Shown piece after piece: positions 34,014 to 47,977 of a DNA stretch of 64,000 nucleotides. The notes beneath the pieces are model-generated. The model was not told the DNA's origin. It saw nothing but the letters and a program-made list of their open reading frames with translations, and did no database searches. Origin of the DNA: Tubulanus polymorphus (lineage: Eukaryota; Animalia; Nemertea); NCBI RefSeq assembly GCF_964204645.1, contig NC_134027.1, positions 18,252,560 to 18,316,559 of the forward strand. Direction: 5' to 3'. The translations under genes and the position numbers were made by a program. Positions within the stretch are counted from its first letter, which is position 1. Every line of letters starts with the position of its first letter.

Positions 34014-37000
34014 TAATGAGAATGGCGGTAAATGCTTTGTGACCATTCAAAAAGCATATTAATTGCAATGTTCTTTAGTCTATTTGCCAGGCAGACGTAC
34101 AATTGTCACCTATGCCATACGGTTCAGGTTTGAAGGACAGGTGGTGGTGTACTGTGGTTATTGGACCTAACTTATTACATGTACTGGTACCGGTACTGAC
34201 AGCAACATCAATGATCAACCGTACTGTCCACAGGGGCCTGTCAAACATACAGGACTTCGACGATTTTCACAGAAACATATCACAGCAACAGCCGTTATAA
34301 CCTCCCAAACCCGATGTATTATGGGAAGTGTCGAAAGGGTCTATGTAGGCCTACCTGGTACTTTATTTATACTGGGTAGATGTATTTACTATAATAATCT
34401 ACATCAATATATACTGAGTTGAGTTGGCTTAGAATAATGTTCAGTTCAGGAAGGCGAGGTTATCAGGAAAAAAACAATAATTTAAGAATGTTTCCTTTCA
34501 AAAAAAATGCAAGGACTAATAGGAAATTAGCCACCTTTGGCTTTAGTTTAGAATTTTCAGGCTTTCACGAACAGCCACTGCAGATTATTAGCGATTTTTT
34601 GGGGGAACTTTTGGGATCATAAAATGGCGATAATTCTTCTACTTTCAGCGACGATAAGTCAGTGACATTGGTTAACTAAAAGTAAAATCGCTGAAATTTT
34701 CAAATGTCGCTACGTTAATTTGCCTCATTAATTAAATGTTCAAATGTCGCCATATTATCGCTAAAAAGTCGCCATTTATAGGTAGTCGCCAGAATGTCGC
34801 TCTTCCGGAACGGCTCACTGACTATCGCCGTCGGCGATTTTTAGCGGTAATTTGAGCAGTTTGAGCTGTAAAAGGGCGTTATTTGGGCTGTAATTAGGCT
34901 ACAATCATTGACTCGCCATTCTTGCTATATACCGTCTGCTCTCTTTATCCCTTACGACCGCATCTGTGCAGAGAGTGACTAATAGAGACGTTGTGTGTCG
35001 TCAAAAGATAAGGCCGCAAGGAACGGATTGATTTTCAAATTAACCCAAATTTTTTTTGGTCTCGAACACTCAAATACAGTAGGCCTGCCTAGGCATTGTC
35101 GAGCTCAAGCCATCGAATGACACGCACTTCGAGCTATTTTTTTAACAGGAAATAATGCCTTCACCATCAAAAACTGGCCACTTTCTGAACAATAAAATTG
35201 AGTTGAAATTGAATTGAACATGAATTTGATAAAATTGCATGATTCTACAATTTCTATAGGGTAAAATAACTGTTGGGGTTTTCAACTGTTCACAGTGGAT
35301 TGTGGCATTTTTGTTGAATTGTTAAAACTAAATTGAATTCTATCTTCTTACCTATAAAGTTGAAAAAAACGATGAAACACATGAAACGAACTGGTTCACA
35401 GATTTTTGGCGACAGAGCACCACGTGTGTTACAACCGGGACGTGGCGCCATCTCTTTTATAAATTGCCAGCCAGGGAGGGCCAGGCCAAAACAAAGGGCC
35501 AGGCCAGTCCATGTTTTGAACCGGGCCAGGCCATGTTTTGAACTCACCCCATCGGAAGAGGTTTCGTTCCCAAGACTCAATATTCAGCCACCCTCTGATG
35601 TGTGACATCATACGAATTATATTTGAACGTTTTTTTCATATTGTGAAAAATATTTTTTTGAAAATACAAAATAGTTTCCCTGACGCGCCTACCCGTCCCC
35701 TACGAATTTTTGGACGTAGACCATAAACAAATGTTTATCTTTGGTCTTATTTGACTACAAAATAATTCTTCAAGAAAGATAAAATACAATATAAAACTTA
35801 AAGAACTTTGAAGTCACGAATTAAAAAGATTTTCAAGCAATGCCCTTTCCCCAAACAACCTCCCTAGCTTTCAAGGTAAACCACACTTTGCCCATGGGCA
35901 ATTTATTTTTTCGTTGACATAATAGTCATCGTGGAATTCACCAAACATCGCTAAAGCATCTTCCCCAAATTTATATTTTACTTGTTTGGTGTGCATTTCT
36001 AATAGCGCTTTGTAGTATCTTTTCAAGAATCCTTGAATAGAAATCTATCTTATAGTCAGAGGATTTGAAGATAACTTCTCCCGGGCTGGATACAAGGTAC
36101 CTGTTACAAACAATTATTATACACTTAAATCTTTACTTATTAATCATTCTAATTTTCCTCATTTACCTATCGTAAAATCATAATAATCACTGTTGAGAAC
36201 AGCAACCAATGAATTCGGTTGCATACAACCTGTATGGTTAAAAGCCGTCTTTGTAATAAACTGATAGCCAGAAATTTCATAGTTCCTTGCCCAGGCGGAA
36301 CCTCCGTTTAGGTTCATAAATTGAGTTCTGTTCACAGTGCTACTTCCTTGTTTGTATACATCTAATTGTTGATGCAGCACTTTTATTTCTTCGTTAACTC
36401 CAATAACCTACATTGAATGTTATTTTATATACACGTCACAGAAACTATGTACATTGCCATTCTCTAATTATAAGTCATATCACTTATCATTACAATTCCA
36501 TAAACTCACCTGGCAACCATTCCACTTCAGTACTCCGTGTAACTTGCATTGAAAAGTTATCAATGATAATTTGTCGTTTTTGAGTCGAAATAATTTCACT
36601 TTCATATTCAAATTCTTTTTGTATTTCGAAAATTGGTCCGGTAAGTCTGCGTAAAGCCGGCAATATTCTCTCTCCTTTTTAGCAGTAACCATAAAATACT
36701 CGATTCTTCTTATTCTTCGTGTACTCGTATGCTTGCATTACCGCCAATGAGTCCTATATTACAGTGATACAATCTAATATTATAAAATATCAATTTTTTT
36801 AAATTTTGTTCCATCAAATGAAAAAAACCACTGTCGTACACTATAAAGCTTTGTGGGTGAGCGGGTTTTAATTTTTTATGAAAAAAGACGATTGATGCTT
36901 TGCCAATGCGGGCGAGCGCATTTGTATTTTTGATTTTTATTAGGGTCTTTGTTCATGACGCAGGCGCATTTGACTTTTTTGAGAAACTGGGGTATTTCTT

Positions 37001-37054
37001 TGTGTGGCGTAAGTAGAACATCAGTGAGCACCTCGAATCGGCCACTTGCTAGAT

Positions 37055-37670
37055 ATATACATATTTATTAAATTTTAAAAGTCATTCAATGCGTTTTAGC
37101 TCTTAAAATTGAAATGCATTGATCATTAGGGATTTTTGATTCCATTATCAAAAGTATCAATTAGTTTAGTAATTAAATATGTTTCATTTGATAATATTTG
37201 ATTAATTACAGTAATATTTTCAATTTTATAATGTCTTGCGGACACTAAATTTGTTGCTGAAATATAATTTTTAATGTTAAACTGTGAAAATGATTTATTG
37301 GTTTCATTGATTTCGATTTTAAAGTTGGGTTCTTCTTCTTCTTTCTTCATTTTTATAACAAAATTTTTATTAAAACTCATTCAAATATAAATATTCAATG
37401 TTTTAAAATATGAATTATTTCACTCGTTAATTACTCGTCACTTTTTATATTATTTCACTCATTATTCATGAATATTTTAAGAGTAATAGGGGTAATGGGC
37501 TTTCAGGTTAAAGGTCGAAGGGGCGAGTGAGTAAAAAATGAAAATAACAATAATTTCCAGTTGAATTAGGAGTGTGCGCGACTAATTCAACTGGAAATTA
37601 TTGTTATTTTCATTTTTTTACGAGCTCGACCCTTCGACATTTGGCCTGAAAGCCCATTATCCCTATTACT
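37055..37670 (-). mobile_element. Polinton end fragment E with a complete 189-nt hairpin (37482-37670) and a different terminal ORF (37126-37380)
   Basis: Hairpin is nearly identical to 17168-17356 and ends CCCTATTACT. Confidence 0.85.
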
Positions 37671-38115
37671 GAAACCAAACGAAAAAAAATCGAGTTGTAG
37701 TTCAGTGATTTACCCACTGTGCCACAGAACGTAACTGCAGTCTGGATGAAATTTGATTTACAAATAGCCTAGCCTCACCTAACCCAAACTCTATTCTTTC
37801 ACGCATGCGCGTTTGCAGATTATAGGAACTAACTTACGGCGTTTTTAGGGAACTCACGTACGGTTAACCTGTGGATATCACCGTACAGTCACGTACGGGT
37901 AACAACTTCGGACTTAAAAAATGGTATTGGCTACTAGGAACTCACGTACGGCATTAGTAGGGAACTCACGTACGGTTAACCTGTCGAGATCACCATACAG
38001 TCACGTAGGGCAAACAACTACGTACTTAAATGGTATTGGCTACAATATAATAGGCCTATAGACAAATAAATACCGGTACTGCGGTAGGCTTTCTTGGCTT
38101 CCTCACTTCACAGGT
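37671..38115. repeat. Dispersed repeat with internal ~115-bp tandem units (GGAACTCACGTACGG); second copy at ~52850-53495
   Basis: Direct sequence match between the two regions. Confidence 0.85.
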
Positions 38116-38864
38116 GTAGCGGAAATTCCCTTGTGATTGCGCCGAGAGCGCCAAATTCAAAATCAATTTCCTTTAATCGCCATAGATAGCGTCAAAAAAT
38201 AATCGTTTCACAATTGACAATGTCTCACAATTGGATGGGATAATAGGATATATAACTGTCATATCACTAGTAAGTGTCATATAAAATGAAAGTTTTGATT
38301 TTAGATTGAAAAACGAAGTTTGTTCAGTATTTTGTGAGGTCGCCGTGTTGTGGAGCCAGCGGCCATTATCTTTCTAAACGTATCAGTACCAAGACGTTTT
38401 TTCTCGGATTTATTGCAGAATAACGAATGAAAACACAAATACACTATCAAAAACCCCAGCAACTGTATCCCAAGCCCATCGGCGAGTGCCTGTGTTCTTA
38501 CCGAGTTTTAAACTATCCGGGGAATCACGTTTCCGCAGTTGTTAAACCGCGTGAGGAATAGAATCCTTATTTCTTGAATCTTCTTATACTAGACCATTTT
38601 AGTCGTCAAATTATATTGTGAAATAGAATTCCGATCTGAAGGCCGAGTCGCCCATATTTTCTGGCCGGTTCAATTCGGCACTCCGCGGTGCGGTCCGTTC
38701 GGGTGCTTCCTCTTCTGGCGGTTATTTTTCAACTATTCGAACGATAAATCCTTTCAGGGGTAATATATCCCTTCTTTTTAAGTTTTAATGCTCGGTTCAG
38801 GCCGGAATTCTTATTAACTAATTTATGATGGAAAAGTTAGATCGAGCGTCGTTGTTGACAAACT

Positions 38865-39040
38865 TAATCACGCGTGATCGTGACGTCACGTGTCCCTCGT
38901 GACCTCTAACCAACGAGGCGCGTCGGGGACAAAGAACTCTGACCAATGGAGGGCATCGGGGACAAAAACTTCCATCCATTCAAAACGTCGGGGACTGGGA
39001 GCCCTATATAAGGCGCGCAGAACTCTAGTTCAGGATTCAA
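38865..39040 (+). promoter_or_regulatory. Pol II promoter-like cluster
   Basis: TGACGTCA/CACGTG, CCAAT, three (G/A)TCGGGGAC repeats and TATATAAG at ~39005. Confidence 0.4.
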
Positions 39041-40919
39041 CGCTACCTCTTACGTCCCGACAGGGACACCCCCCCCCCCCCGTCTTAGGGGATATGATCA
39101 CTTGTTACTACAGTTAAGATAGTTAATATATTATTATTATTGCCTTGCCGCGACCTTGATTGCCTGGTTTTTGCGGTTACCGCCATGTTCTTTTATCCAA
39201 ATTCCTTATCCTAATCTATCATTATTAGAATAACTTATCAAGGGTTGCTCCTAATGACGACCTTGTAATTTCAAACTAAGTGGAATTACTGTCCCGGGTG
39301 GGTGGATTTCGGCGACGGTGGCTGGTGTTCGGTAGATGTCCTCGCAGTATCGGTTTGCCTTCAGCCGATGGTACTAGATGGAAGACGATGGCTACTGGCG
39401 TGTGATCCGCAGCAAGATTCCGTAGTAACTAAAAAATGTTTGTAATGATGGTTTTTGTTTACGTTGGTGGTTTCTTTATGGGTATCAGACAGCAAACGAT
39501 GTGTGCAAGTTGTTGTTTGATGCTTTGATCTATCAGCGCTGACAATAAATCAGCCAGGGGTAAAAATAATTCTTCCTCGGTTCTTGTGCTGCGATATCTG
39601 GCAAACATTCAGAATTATTTTTAAACTTAAGGATAGACGGAACTGTAATTGGTTGGGTCGGAACGATGAGGTGCTTTGATAGTGTGGGTTGTGCAGGGAT
39701 CTCGCTGTTACTTCTTGATACTCCCGACTACTTTCTATAAAAGGAAGAACCGGAAGTATAGGAAGACATGGTTGTTTTGCTTTATCCTGTATTATTATAG
39801 AGTTAGTAAAATTATAAATGAAAATTGGTATAATAAGTATAGAATGATTTTAGATTTGATAATTAATTACATTGTATTTCTGAATCAAAAGTTTACTATT
39901 GTTGATTGGAAAAAGAAACGATGAGTTTGTTCCATAATCTAGGTGAAAACTAAGTTTTGAAAATATATCTAAATTAAGTATCCTGGATGTTAATTAAGGA
40001 CAAGACCTTTATAATCGCTTAAGTTTTATGGAAGTTTAATTGTGGCAAATATCAATACTAGCTCTCTAAGGTTTCTGTTGGTGTACATGTCTGTTGGTAA
40101 CTCGTAGAGAATAGCTGCTCTCTCAACGATGATGAGTAGGGAGTGAGTAAATCAAAGCGCGTTATGACAGGAGGGTTGGAAAGAAAAGTTACTTTGGCAA
40201 ATCAGTTTCTCAAATAATTTTAGATTAGCAAATCATTAAGGCTAATTCTACATGTCCAAAACCGTCATGACAGCTAGGTTGCTGCTCCTTGCCAAAAGTC
40301 GAACGGGAGAGTCGGCATTCTAGGAATGTCGATCTTTTCTATAAAAAGAGGCCCGCAGTCTTGAGAAAGCAGACTTACCCAGGGACGCTCGTTAAGATAC
40401 TTGAGGTTTGGGTGGAAATACCAGAATTAAGACGGGTTACCAACAGTAGTGTACAATAGGAATTTGGAGTTAGGAATTGGACTGTGTACTATCTGGAGTT
40501 ATTACTATCATCAAGGTAAATAAAATCTATATTGTTATTATTATATGCAATCAGAATTTCGGCATTTTAGTTTGATTATTTGGGTTTGTGCACGGACACG
40601 TTCTCTCGCCAGGGACCGATCTTTACGTTTTTATATTCAACGATTAAGGAGAGGATTGTGACCGGTGTATCACGTGGATGGTACAGCCGCCCTGAGGGAC
40701 TTGCCGGTGTAAGATGAGGTTTGGTGTGGAAGATTCAACCGCTGACGGGAATGGTTCATTGGTCCTTGGAACGACGAAGAATGAAGATGGAATTATCGAT
40801 GATATTAAAAACATATTATCTAAAATATATGATAATCATAAAACTAATGATGAAATAAATGTTGAAATAATTATAACTTAGATAACTAAATATTTTGAAG
40901 TAATTTTTTTGATAAATAA

Positions 40920-41141
40920 ATGAGTGATAATAAGTGGATAATAACTGGATTATATAATGGTGCCTTACTATCAGTGGGAACTGTTGGTTATTCAATGGTA
41001 TTAAAAAAAGTATTTAAAATGGGAAGTGTTAATGTTGATAGATTTGATATAAATGATATTTTAAAATTAACGTTAGCAGTAACTTTATCTAATTTAACAA
41101 TTGATTATTTGGAAAAACAAAAATATATTCCTCCTATATGA
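40920..41141 (+). CDS. Small hydrophobic protein (73 aa), intact
   Basis: Conserved in three copies; T-tract plus TAAATG start. Confidence 0.75.
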   Translation: MSDNKWIITGLYNGALLSVGTVGYSMVLKKVFKMGSVNVDRFDINDILKLTLAVTLSNLTIDYLEKQKYIPPI

Positions 41142-43250
41142 ATGCGTAATCTTTTTGTTAAATAAATGGCATCTGCAATTATAACTATTATAGGATCGGC
41201 AATTGTTAACGCTTTAGCACTTACTGGTGGTGGTTATTTATTTAAGCATATTGATAAAAATGGATCATTATCAGAACAAAAAAGACATAACTTAGCATTA
41301 GAAAAATATAATAAAGCAGCAGAAGAATATAGAGAAAAAAGACAAAACTATATGGATTACATCAATAAAAAATTATATGATCAGAAGATTTCACATCGAG
41401 ATTTTCAATCAGTTGATGATGCAATGAGTTTATATAACGCAGTAACAAATAAAGAAAAATTACATCCTATACAAACCTAAATTATCAGATTATTATACCC
41501 CAAGTAAAGAACAACAGAAATATGAAATAATATGGATTTTCGGGGAACTGTTATTGTTATATTTGTAGCATATAAATTTACTAATTAGTAATTTTTTTGC
41601 TAAATAAATGGATGATAAAGTTGATAATATTGATATTATTCCTCATGATATAAATAAAAGTAAATTAAAAACATATTTAGAAAAACAAATATTAGAATTT
41701 GAAAGTGACTTAAAGATAAAAAGAAAAAATATTTAAAAAGTAAAATTATGTATTATTTTATTTTCAGTGGTTCAGTTACAATTAGTTCTGTAATAACATT
41801 TTTAGCAATATTCAGTCCATTAACACCTTTAGCTATATCAATTGGTGTGCAAGGGTTGAGTTCAAGTGTTTTAACTGGTATAAGTTCAAAATTAAACATA
41901 AAAAGTAATAAAGAAAAAATTAAATCTAATATAAAAGAAATTAATAAATTAAAAAATACATTAGATTATATAATAAATTTAAATGGTCATATAAGAGTTG
42001 AAGAACAGGATAAATTATAAAAAGAATTAATAAATTATCAATTTTTTAATTATATAAATGGGGTTTCCAAAAGCTTTCCAATATAATAAATCAATTAAAT
42101 ATAATATTCCTGCAAAAGATTTTAATACAAATATTACATATAGAAATTTAGTTTTAAATTCATTAACTAATTTAGAAATTTATGTTACTGGAACACAGTT
42201 TTTTATCTCTAAAATGGAAAATATATTTAATACATATGAAGTTACTTTTACTCGAGATGAATATCATATATATAAAGTAAAATCTAATATGAAATATTGG
42301 TAGAATCAATTAAATTTTGCTGTTTATAGTGCAACAACTGGTTGTGGTATAAGTTGGAATAATCATTTAAATAACTTAGATAAAAATTTGAATTATTCTG
42401 ATTTAAAATCAATTCACACAATATTTAGATTTCACACGTATTTTCAAATCAGAATAATATTAAATGAATTAGAATGTCCTTTGCCCGGATCTAAATATTC
42501 TAAAGAATTGGATAATAATATTAATCTATCTAAGTTTTGTAAAATATGTAATGAATTTAATATAAATATTAATTCCGATTTTAGAGCGCATGGTAAATTG
42601 CAAGGTATTGGTGAACAGCATGAAATAAAAAGAATTGATTATATGCATAGAATTGGGGCTTATCATAATTATAAAATTGATAATAATAATGGTTGGATTA
42701 ATTTCATTTTAGAAAATAGTGAAGGTTTTACAAAATCGGGTATACAAAGAATAAATCAATCTATTAGAACTTATTTGATATGTATTTTAGGTGCGCAAGT
42801 TGAAACCCCAATCCCAAATAATTGGAAATGATAATACTTCATTTGATGCGCAGAAACAATTCAAAGTATTATTTGAAGATTCCATTCATAATGATAAAAA
42901 TAGATCGATTCCAGAAAATATTGTAAGATATCAAAATTATTTAGATAAATCCAATATTAGATTAAATTGTTGTATAGGCCCTAATCTATTAATTATTTCT
43001 AATGATTTAATATTAAAGATGGGAAATATAATTGGTTATAATAATTTAATTAAGACTGCAACAGTAAATAATAAGTTTGGATTGAATGATATAAATAAAA
43101 AGATTATCACTGCTCCAAAATTAACGGAAGGTGAAAAAATTAAAAAACAAATTCAATCAACGGAAACTAAAACTAAGAATATCAAATTAAAATATAGCTG
43201 CAAAGCAGCGATAACGGGTTTTCTGCACAGTCTTAGAATCCTGTTCAATG

Positions 43251-43470
43251 GTGGATTTCAACAAAGCATTTGATAAGGCTCAACATCAGCCATTTCTAAA
43301 GAGGCTATTAGGAAACAGTATCAATGATAGGTCGCCCAAATGGCTTAGCAGTTATCTCTGAACGGAAACTTGAGACGCCTCATCTTGGAATGAGACGGTC
43401 TAACTAGTGGAGTCACGCAAGGTAGTATCCTAAGTCGTCTTCTGTTTAATGTCCTGACAAATGACATACA
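43251..43470 (+). pseudogene. Non-LTR retrotransposon reverse transcriptase fragment
   Basis: VDFNKAFDKAQH...WLSSYL...TSGVTQGSILSRLLFNVLTND. Confidence 0.7.
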
Positions 43471-43554
43471 CAGTAATCCGAAATATACCAGACTGAGTAA
43501 ATTTCCAAAACGACCTTAACACACTGTTCGACCAAAAAACTTAATGTTCCGACA

Positions 43555-46500
43555 AAACCACGGGGACAAAACCAAATTATGAATTGTCGCGGGTGACAAA
43601 ACCAAAATATTGAATTGTCACGGGCGACAAAACCAAAATAATGAATTGTCGCGGGCGATAAAACCACAATAATGAATTGTCGCCGGCGTTAAAACCAAAA
43701 TATTGAATTGTCGCGGCGATAAAACCAAAATAATGAATTGTCGCGGACGACAAAAACAAAATATTGAATTGTTGCGTGCGACAAAACCAGAATAATGAAT
43801 TGTCGCGGGCGACAAAACCAAACTAGGGGTCCAGGGACACCATGCTCACTTGGGAAGTGGTTTCAAAAGCTCAACAATCTAACAATTTCAATACATAACG
43901 CCCTCTAGTGACCATATACAAAAACCAATGACCTTACAACCCACCACAATCATAGAACATGTGAGCAGCTATGATTTTGTAATTGATTGTGATAACAAAA
44001 TATGCCTCGTTACCAATTTAATATGGAAATACTAAGTTATTCTACTATTCAACGCCCCTGGTGACCATATGCAAAACCCAATGACCTTAAAACTCACCAC
44101 AATCGTAGTATATGTCATGAAATACAACTTTGCAATTGATCATAGTAACAAAATACGCATAGGTACCAATCTAATAAGGAAAAACTAAGCTTTTCTACTA
44201 TTCAACGCCCCCTGGTGACTATATGGAATAACTAATGTCCTTAAAAACTCGCCAAAATCATAGACGATGTCATGAACTACAACTTTGCAATTGATCATGG
44301 TAACAAAATATGCCTTGGTACAAATATAATATAGCAATACTAAGTTATTGTATTATTCAACGCCCCCTGATGGCCACATACTAAAACCAATGACCTAGAA
44401 ACTCACCAAAATCATAGAACACGTTATGGGCTACAACTTTCCAATTGAATGTAGTAACACAATATGCTTAGGTATCAATTTAATGTGGAAAAACTTTTTC
44501 CCACCTACGAATGAGTACTGATGACACCAAAATGGCCGTCCATTGCGTCATAATTGGCTGATCAAAAATACCAGTCCCAGGTATTAAACATCCCTCTCTA
44601 AAGAATACCCATCAGCAGTTGCAATGAGAAATGGCAAACCAGTAGGAAGCTACAGGACCTAGAATTCTGGCCAAAATTGACATTTTTGGCACTAAAAAGG
44701 TCATAGGACAGCCATCTTGAGTCAGATCGACCCAATTTTCTTATGCTGATGGGCCTTTGGTAGATTCAAATGTAAACGAAAGATCAAGGTAATTGATCAA
44801 AGCATCTTCAAAATTTCCCCATGAAAACTTCGAAAATGTTTAAAAAGTGCTGATTTTGGCAAACAACAATGGCTGCCAGTCGGCCATCTTGAATCTGACA
44901 GGGCCAGTTTTTGGGCTGACGATGTGTCTAGGGTAGATACATGTATAAACCAAATATCAAGACATTACCTTTAAGCGTCTTCAAAACTTCCCAAAATAAC
45001 TGGATTCCGTCTATGGACGGACGAACGGACGAAAAGTGAACACAATAGCCCGCTGGGACTTAAGTCCCAAGTGGACTGAAAAAAAATTGTCGCGGGCGAC
45101 AAAACCAAACTAATGAATTGTCGCGGGTGATAAAACCAAAATATTGAATTGTCACGGGCGACAAAACCAAACTAATGAATCGTCGCGGGCGATAAAACCA
45201 AACTAATGAATTGTCGCGGGTGATAAAACCAAAATATTGAATTGTCGCGGGCGACAAAACCAAACTAATGAATTGTCGCGGGCGATAAAACCAAACTAAT
45301 GAATTGTCGGGGGCGATAAAACAAAAATATTGAATTGTCGCGGGCGATAAAACCAAAATAATGAATTGTCTCGGGCGATAAAACCAAAATATTGAATTGT
45401 CGCGGGCGATAAAACCAAAATAATGAATTATCTCGGGCGATAAAACCAAGATATTGAATTGTTGCGGGCGATAAAACCAAAATAATGAATTGTCGCGGGC
45501 AAGAAAACCAAAATATTGAATTGTCGCGGGCGACAAAACCAAAAAAAAATTGTCGCGGGCGACAAAAACAAAGTATAAAACCAAAATAATGAATTGTCGC
45601 AGGCGTCAAAACCAAAAACAAGAATTGTCGCAGCGACAAAACCAAAATAATGAATTGTCGCTGGAGATAAAACCAAAGTAATGAATTGTCGCGGGCGATA
45701 AAACCAAAATATTGAATTGTCGCGGGCGACAAAACCAAACTAATGAATTGTCGCGGGCGACAAAACCAAAAAAGAATTGTCGGAGCGACAAAACCAAAAT
45801 GGTGAATTGTCGCGGGCGACAAAACCAAAATAATGAATTGTCGCGGGCGATAAAACCAAAATAATGAATTGTCGCGGGCGATAAAACTAAAATAATGAAT
45901 TGTCTCGGGCGACAAAACCAAAATAATGAATTGTCGCGGGCGATAAAACCAAAATAATGAATTATCGCGGGCGATAAAACCAAAATATTGAATTGTCGCG
46001 GGCGATAAAACCAAAATAATGAATTGTCGCGGGCGACAAAACCAAAAAAAGAATTGTCGGGGCGACAAAACCAAAATAATGAATTGTCGCGGGCGATAAA
46101 ACCAAAATAATGAATTATCGCGGGCGATAAAACCAAAATATTGAATTGTCGCAGGCGATAAAACCAAAATAATGAATTGTCGCGGGCGACAAAACCAAAA
46201 AAAGAATTGTCGGGGCGACAAAACCAAAATAATGAATTGTCGCGGGCGATAAAACCGTAATAATGAATTGTCGCGGGCGATAAAACCAAAATAATGAATT
46301 TTCTCAGGCGACAAAACCAAAATAATGAATTATCGCGGGCGATAAAACCAAAATATTGAATTGTCGCAGGCGATAAAACCAAAATATTGAATTGTCGCGG
46401 GCGACAAAACCAAAAAAGAAAATTGTCACGGGCGACAAAAACAAAATATAAAACCAAAATAATGAATTGTCGCGGGCGACAAAACCAAAAAGAAGAATTG

Positions 46501-46640
46501 TGGGGGGCGACAAAACCAAAATAATGCATTGTCGCTGGCGATAAAACCAAAGTTATGAATTGTCGTGGGCGATAAAACCAAAATAATGAATTGTCGGGGC
46601 GACAAAACCAAAATAATGAATTGTCGCGGGTGACAAAATC
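43555..46640. repeat. 31-bp satellite (consensus ATTGTCGCGGGCGA(T/C)AAAACCAAAATAATGA), roughly 60 units, split by an insertion at 43822-45080
   Basis: Directly visible tandem array. Confidence 0.95.
43822..45080. mobile_element. Non-autonomous Helentron/DINE-1-like element with an internal ~154-bp tandem repeat (x4)
   Basis: Starts ACTAGGGGTCCAGGGACACC; has a GGAC microsatellite and the terminal stem-loop GGGACTTAAGTCCC; sits in an A-run. A shorter copy is at 51238-51803. Confidence 0.65.
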
Positions 46641-47977
46641 ATTGTTTTCTCGCGTTATTTTAGTTTTGTCGTTTTGTCGTTATGTCGCCCTCATTTGCAT
46701 ATTCGTGTTTTTTTATCTTATCAGCCACCATACTAAAGCTTTAAGGTCGCGTAAAACTCGATAAACACTTCAAGCGACACAGCGAACGATCTCCTTTCCC
46801 CCACAGCGAACGCTTACTCCGAATGTCAAGTGTCCAGCATACGGATAGGAGTGTATTATATACTTGTATTTAGTAAATACCTTGTGGATTTGACAATGAT
46901 CGGTATGTACTGTAGGAAATATAGAGTATTGATGGTATTGATATAGAGGCCCGCGGCCGAATAAAGTAATATATTCTTTTATTTTGATACCTCGTCGACA
47001 TAACAGCTTTTCTCCGCTATATCTCTTCGGCGTGTTTAGTTTAGGCTTACGACTCCCCGGTACACTTATGATTTATCTTAGTAAAAACACGGTAAATTTG
47101 ATAAAGAAAAATAGGTATTGCTAAATTAACTGCTTGACGCCCGCAGCCAAATCACTGGTAGTTATAAATTAATTTGTACTTGATTTGATTCTCAGAATGA
47201 GGAGAAACTCGCAGCTGATTCCCGGAACGACGATGTAGTGACACACGTCGATTTGTCGATGTTTACGGCTCGACAGTGCTTTTAAAATCTGAAGTAGTAA
47301 ATTTCCTGTGTATTGGTATTATAATTTGATGAGGAAAATGGGTTATTGTTAAAATTAGTTTTTAAAAACCGCGACAGAATGTGCAATCTTTGGGTAATAA
47401 ATTTGTTAATTTATGCTTGAATTGATAATCGATGTGACCAGAAACGTGCGGTAGATTTCGGAAAGACGACTTAGAAAAACATGTCGGCTCTTTGAATGGG
47501 GCTCAATTTTCGATGTTTACGGCCCGACAGTGCTTTTGTAACGTTGATTCTTCAAAATTCGCACGGAGTATTTGTAGATCGAACTGAGCTGAATGATATC
47601 AGACGGATTGTATCGGCAACAGCGGTAATGTAAAAAAGCCTATGTACTTTTGACAAAAAATGTGTGGAAAAAAAATAATAATAATAATAATAATTAGAAA
47701 CACGCGAATCTCAATAGGGTTTTCTGTGATGTAACAGAAAACCCTAATAATGATTCTAAAATAAAAGATTACAATACATCAGAAAATGGTGCCGTACGGC
47801 ACCAACACGGTGATATAAAAACTGATATTATTCAACATGACATAATTAAAACTGATAATGATAATAAATCTCATGAATCTCATTACTAAATTAGCTATTA
47901 CTTGTATAGGAATTGTAATAGGAGGAATATTATATTTTTAATTTTAATTTTTATATGAATGATAGTAGAAGATATAA

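Noticed and set aside
39100-40780. Full LTR or retroelement
   Set aside because: TATA, AATAAA and PBS-like words are present, but no TG...CA pair with a TSD or gag/pol motif could be fixed.
45060-46611. Long ORFs of 174-351 aa
   Set aside because: Artefacts of translating the 31-bp repeat; the same peptide cycles through all three frames.
43555-46640. CRISPR-like array with a palindromic 31-bp repeat
   Set aside because: Units are contiguous with no unique spacers, there are no cas genes, and the context is eukaryotic. It is a satellite.
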